NCBI GenBank assembly: GCA_963575745.1
Contig: CAUYUJ010000270.1
Span: 372,001 to 436,000 of the forward strand
Source of the DNA: Prorocentrum cordatum
Taxonomy: Eukaryota
Direction: 5' to 3'
DNA length: 64,000 nucleotides
Shown here: piece after piece, positions 60,839 through 64,000 of the stretch
How positions within the stretch are numbered: position 1 is the stretch's first letter
How the letters are laid out: each line of letters starts with the position of its first letter
Made by a program: the position numbers and the translations under genes
Notes under the pieces: model-generated
Seen by the model: the letters and a program-made list of their open reading frames with translations, nothing else
Told to the model about the DNA's origin: nothing
Databases searched by the model: none

Positions 60839-62862
60839 ACTGCATACGTCAACTTGGGGGCCATTTGGGGTTTGCATGTGAAGCTAGGCCACTCCGGAAG
60901 CTAGCACATGTCTGGGGCCTCTCTGAAGCAGAAGTTGAGTTCTTCATTTTGCGTAATGCTGAGCCTTTAGAGGGCCTCGTTGGCACGGGTTTGAGTCTTG
61001 GTTGGTCTTACCTTGGAGCATCAAGGGGAACGCTCATCATAGTGGCACAACTTGCTCGGGGCTCTTTGGGGAGCTAGTGGGCCATTCTCCCATGCTCGAA
61101 AGGCACTTTTTTTGGCGCGGGTGGGCACGTGGTAGGCACATGAATGCATAATGACCTGCTTTGCTTGAGATATCCCTGAGCGGGCGTCGTTTGGGGAGCG
61201 CTGCTATTAGTTTGGGGCTGCCTTTTGTTGAACGGGGAGGTGCGCGCTGTGGTCGCAACAGGGACGAAACGCTAGCGTAAACAAAACGTGCGTGCGACGT
61301 GCTTCATGCTTGTGCTCTTTGCATATGCAGCTACCGCGTTTAGAACTCAAGGCTTGACTAATGGGGAACTTGTTTGAGGCCTCCTGGGGGCTGGCTTGGG
61401 CCTCTTTGGGAACTAGTTTGAGGGCCTCTCGGCGGCTGACTGACAACGCTATGACACTTCCAGCTTGTGTGTTTGAAACGCGTTGGCATAAGGGCTGAGG
61501 CATGTGACACCTTCTCTCTTGTCTAGCACCTCGCCCCAAGCGCCCTCCGAACCCACTGCAGGATCTCTCGCTTCGCTCCCTCGGCCCTTCCAGACCCCCC
61601 TCGGCGCGCCGCGCCGAAGACGCAGGGCAGGGCGGCAAGGGGCGGAGCGTCGCAGAGAAGCGTAGCAGCAGAAGGTTACAACAAACAACTGCATGCTGCT
61701 TTCCAGTGCTGCACGGCAGGCGGACGGTGGGAAGAGCGAGGCTGGCAAGGAGGGCATGGAGAGAACCAAGGTAGAGGGTGCAAGGTGAGGTGCGCCAGAC
61801 GAAGGAGCGCCCCGAGACTCCTACAGAAACCCAGGATCCCCGACCGAACAGGAGGCCGACCCTGGAACGCTCGCGAGGCAGCAAAGTCAGTCGATCCCGA
61901 GACTACTGGAACTGGAGACCCCGAACCCCCCAAGGCGAACGTCATCGCATGACGGCGGATGTCGCCACGATGGTAGCGGCAACATTTTGACGACGATGGT
62001 GCTCATGCTCGTGGTGCTGCTCTTGGTGGCCCGATGGCGGCGATGCGATGGTCACGATGATAATGGTTAGGAGGGTGCGAGTGGTGAAAGTGATAGCAAT
62101 GCTCCTGAAAGTAATGCCGATGACGGCTGTGCGAATGATACTGACATTGGTGGTGACGGTGCTGCACATGCGCACGGCGACCCTCGCGATGGCAATGCAA
62201 GCAATGCTGCCGCTATTGGGGCCCACGGTGTAGCGACAATCTGCAGGGCGATGATGGTGACGACGGTGAAAATGGCAGCCTCAGGCACAGAGAAGCTCTA
62301 GCCAACGCGAAACCCTAGGGGAACCGATGCAGTCCTGAGAGGCCAGGCATGGCTAGAGGGGGCCATCCGACCCTCCGCATCTTGAGCTCAGAGGAGCCAC
62401 TGCAGACAAGAAGCCCTCCAGAAACTTAGACCCTGACGAGGCCCGGGACTTGGCAAATCGGAGCCCTCGAAGGATCTAAGCCTCGTGGGCCCTGAAGGCC
62501 CTGGCTCGCGTGGAGCCCTTGGCGCGCCCCTGGGGCCGCAAGGGGCGCCGAGGTGGTGGTCGCGATGATGAGCATGATGGCGATTCCGGTGATGATGGCA
62601 CTGTCCCTGCTCGGCTTCAGCCAGAGGCTGCGTGCGCAGCAGAAGCGCCTGCGATCGCAAAAGAGTCGAACGCTGAGCACGCGCCCCAGCTGCTCTCTGC
62701 TGAAGGGCAAGGCGTGCGCGGACGGCGCAAAGCAGTGCGCAGAGCGAAGCGCTGCAGCAAACTACAACGCGTTGCAATGCTAGGGCAGAAGCTGCTGACG
62801 CGGCGCCGTGCAAACACGAAGCCCCACCACCCACTGCCTGCTCACACGGGCACGGCAAAAGA

Positions 62863-63168
62863 TCACCTGCGGTTGCCCCCATCGCCCTCGACATCCGCGA
62901 CGAGTTCGCCCTGCATCTCACGCGAGAACTCTGGTGCGCCGTCGGCGAAAAGGCCCCAGCGATCGAACGCATCTCTGGTGACCTTCTGAACGTTGGCCAA
63001 GGAGGCCCTGAAGCCCCTGATGGCGCGAGCCTGGCGCATAATGATCAGATGCTGGATCCTGGGCTTCTTCAAAAGCTTCTTGACCATTTTCTTGTTCCCA
63101 AGGTTGAGAGTCCGAAACCATTTGCCAGGAGGCTGCGGCCCCGCCAGAGGATCAACAGACTTGGCCAC
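62863..63168 (-). CDS. Possible exon(s) of an unidentified host gene
   Basis: Protein-like KKLLKKPRIQHLIIMRQ...KVTRDAFDRWGLF...; AG|GC and AG|GT donor-like sites; no recognisable family. Confidence 0.25.
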   Translation of the reverse strand: MAKSVDPLAGPQPPGKWFRTLNLGNKKMVKKLLKKPRIQHLIIMRQARAIRGFRASLANVQKVTRDAFDRWGLFADGAPEFSREMQGELVADVEGDGGNRR

Positions 63169-64000
63169 GAGCTCGGGGGCCGTACTCTTCCCTGGTGCGC
63201 AACGGGAAACACTTGAACCTCAAAAGCTGACCGTGGGTGCTTGATTCGCAAACCGCTACGGAACCGCTGCGTTCGACGTCAGAACGCAATGGGGTATCGC
63301 AATGGGATGCCCAACGCCCCCCCCGCGCCTCCACCGCGCATTGCACAAACCTGCGATGTCGTGAAAGAGCCGCGCTGCGGCGCCCCTGGGGTTTCGTGAA
63401 GACGCGCGCGCGGGGGGAGAGGGGGGCAAAACACGACGGGGCGATTAAGGGGGCCTAACCTCTGGACGCACGCCCACCACACGAACATAACTCGGGATAA
63501 GGCATTCGCATGCAATGTCTGTCCTGGCGACTCAGAGTCTGGCACCAAGCTTACTGGTTGGCGCACTGGCGCCAGCGTGCGACATCCCCCAATAGTAGCG
63601 CACCCTCCCTGCCAGAGGTTTTCCATGACGGCGACATAGCGGCCAACCCCCGTGCACCGCGTCCCATGGTGGGTGGAATGGGGGTGAAACATCGGTGGGC
63701 GATCGTGCGTTCTGGAACACAAGGACATGAAGACCCTTTTATGTAAACGCCAGGGGGCCCGTACACTGCGCCTGTGAGCATTCGTTAGTTTGTTCTGCCA
63801 GTCTCACCGAATACCTTCAAGACCCCATTTCCCATCTCCAAAACTTCTGGAACTGAATGTACACGTCATGTTAATATTGGGGACCGATCCTGTCTAATTC
63901 AGGGCTCCACGAAACCCCTTCCTGATATTCTCAAACGGGGGCAATGAGCATTCTAGGTGGCATCGGCATGGCCCCTGGTAACTAGATCACTAACACTAGC

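Overview
This is GC-rich, repeat-dense eukaryotic DNA, almost certainly from a dinoflagellate. The evidence is two genomic copies of the dinoflagellate spliced leader (46160-46196 and 60823-60838) and an AG|GC...AG|G intron. No rRNA, tRNA or CRISPR array was recognised. The main feature is a ~9.1 kb Ty1/copia-order LTR retrotransposon (13845-22972, minus strand) with ~257 bp LTRs about 7% diverged and an iMet-like PBS. It carries a compact C5 cytosine DNA methyltransferase domain between protease and integrase, an extra helical domain between gag and protease, and an in-frame ~315 aa tail with a transmembrane helix after RNase H. It is now defective (frameshifts, a stop, an RT deletion). The window also holds about five degenerate LINE relics, one apparently capped by a spliced leader plus a relic leader. 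There is a frameshifted, nearly intronless ~1000 aa gene with a leader relic (probable retrocopy) and many satellites, including a 122-bp array with a double-hairpin scar. All recognised retroelements and that gene lie on the minus strand. Domain calls come from motifs read by eye, not from database searches, and relic boundaries are approximate.
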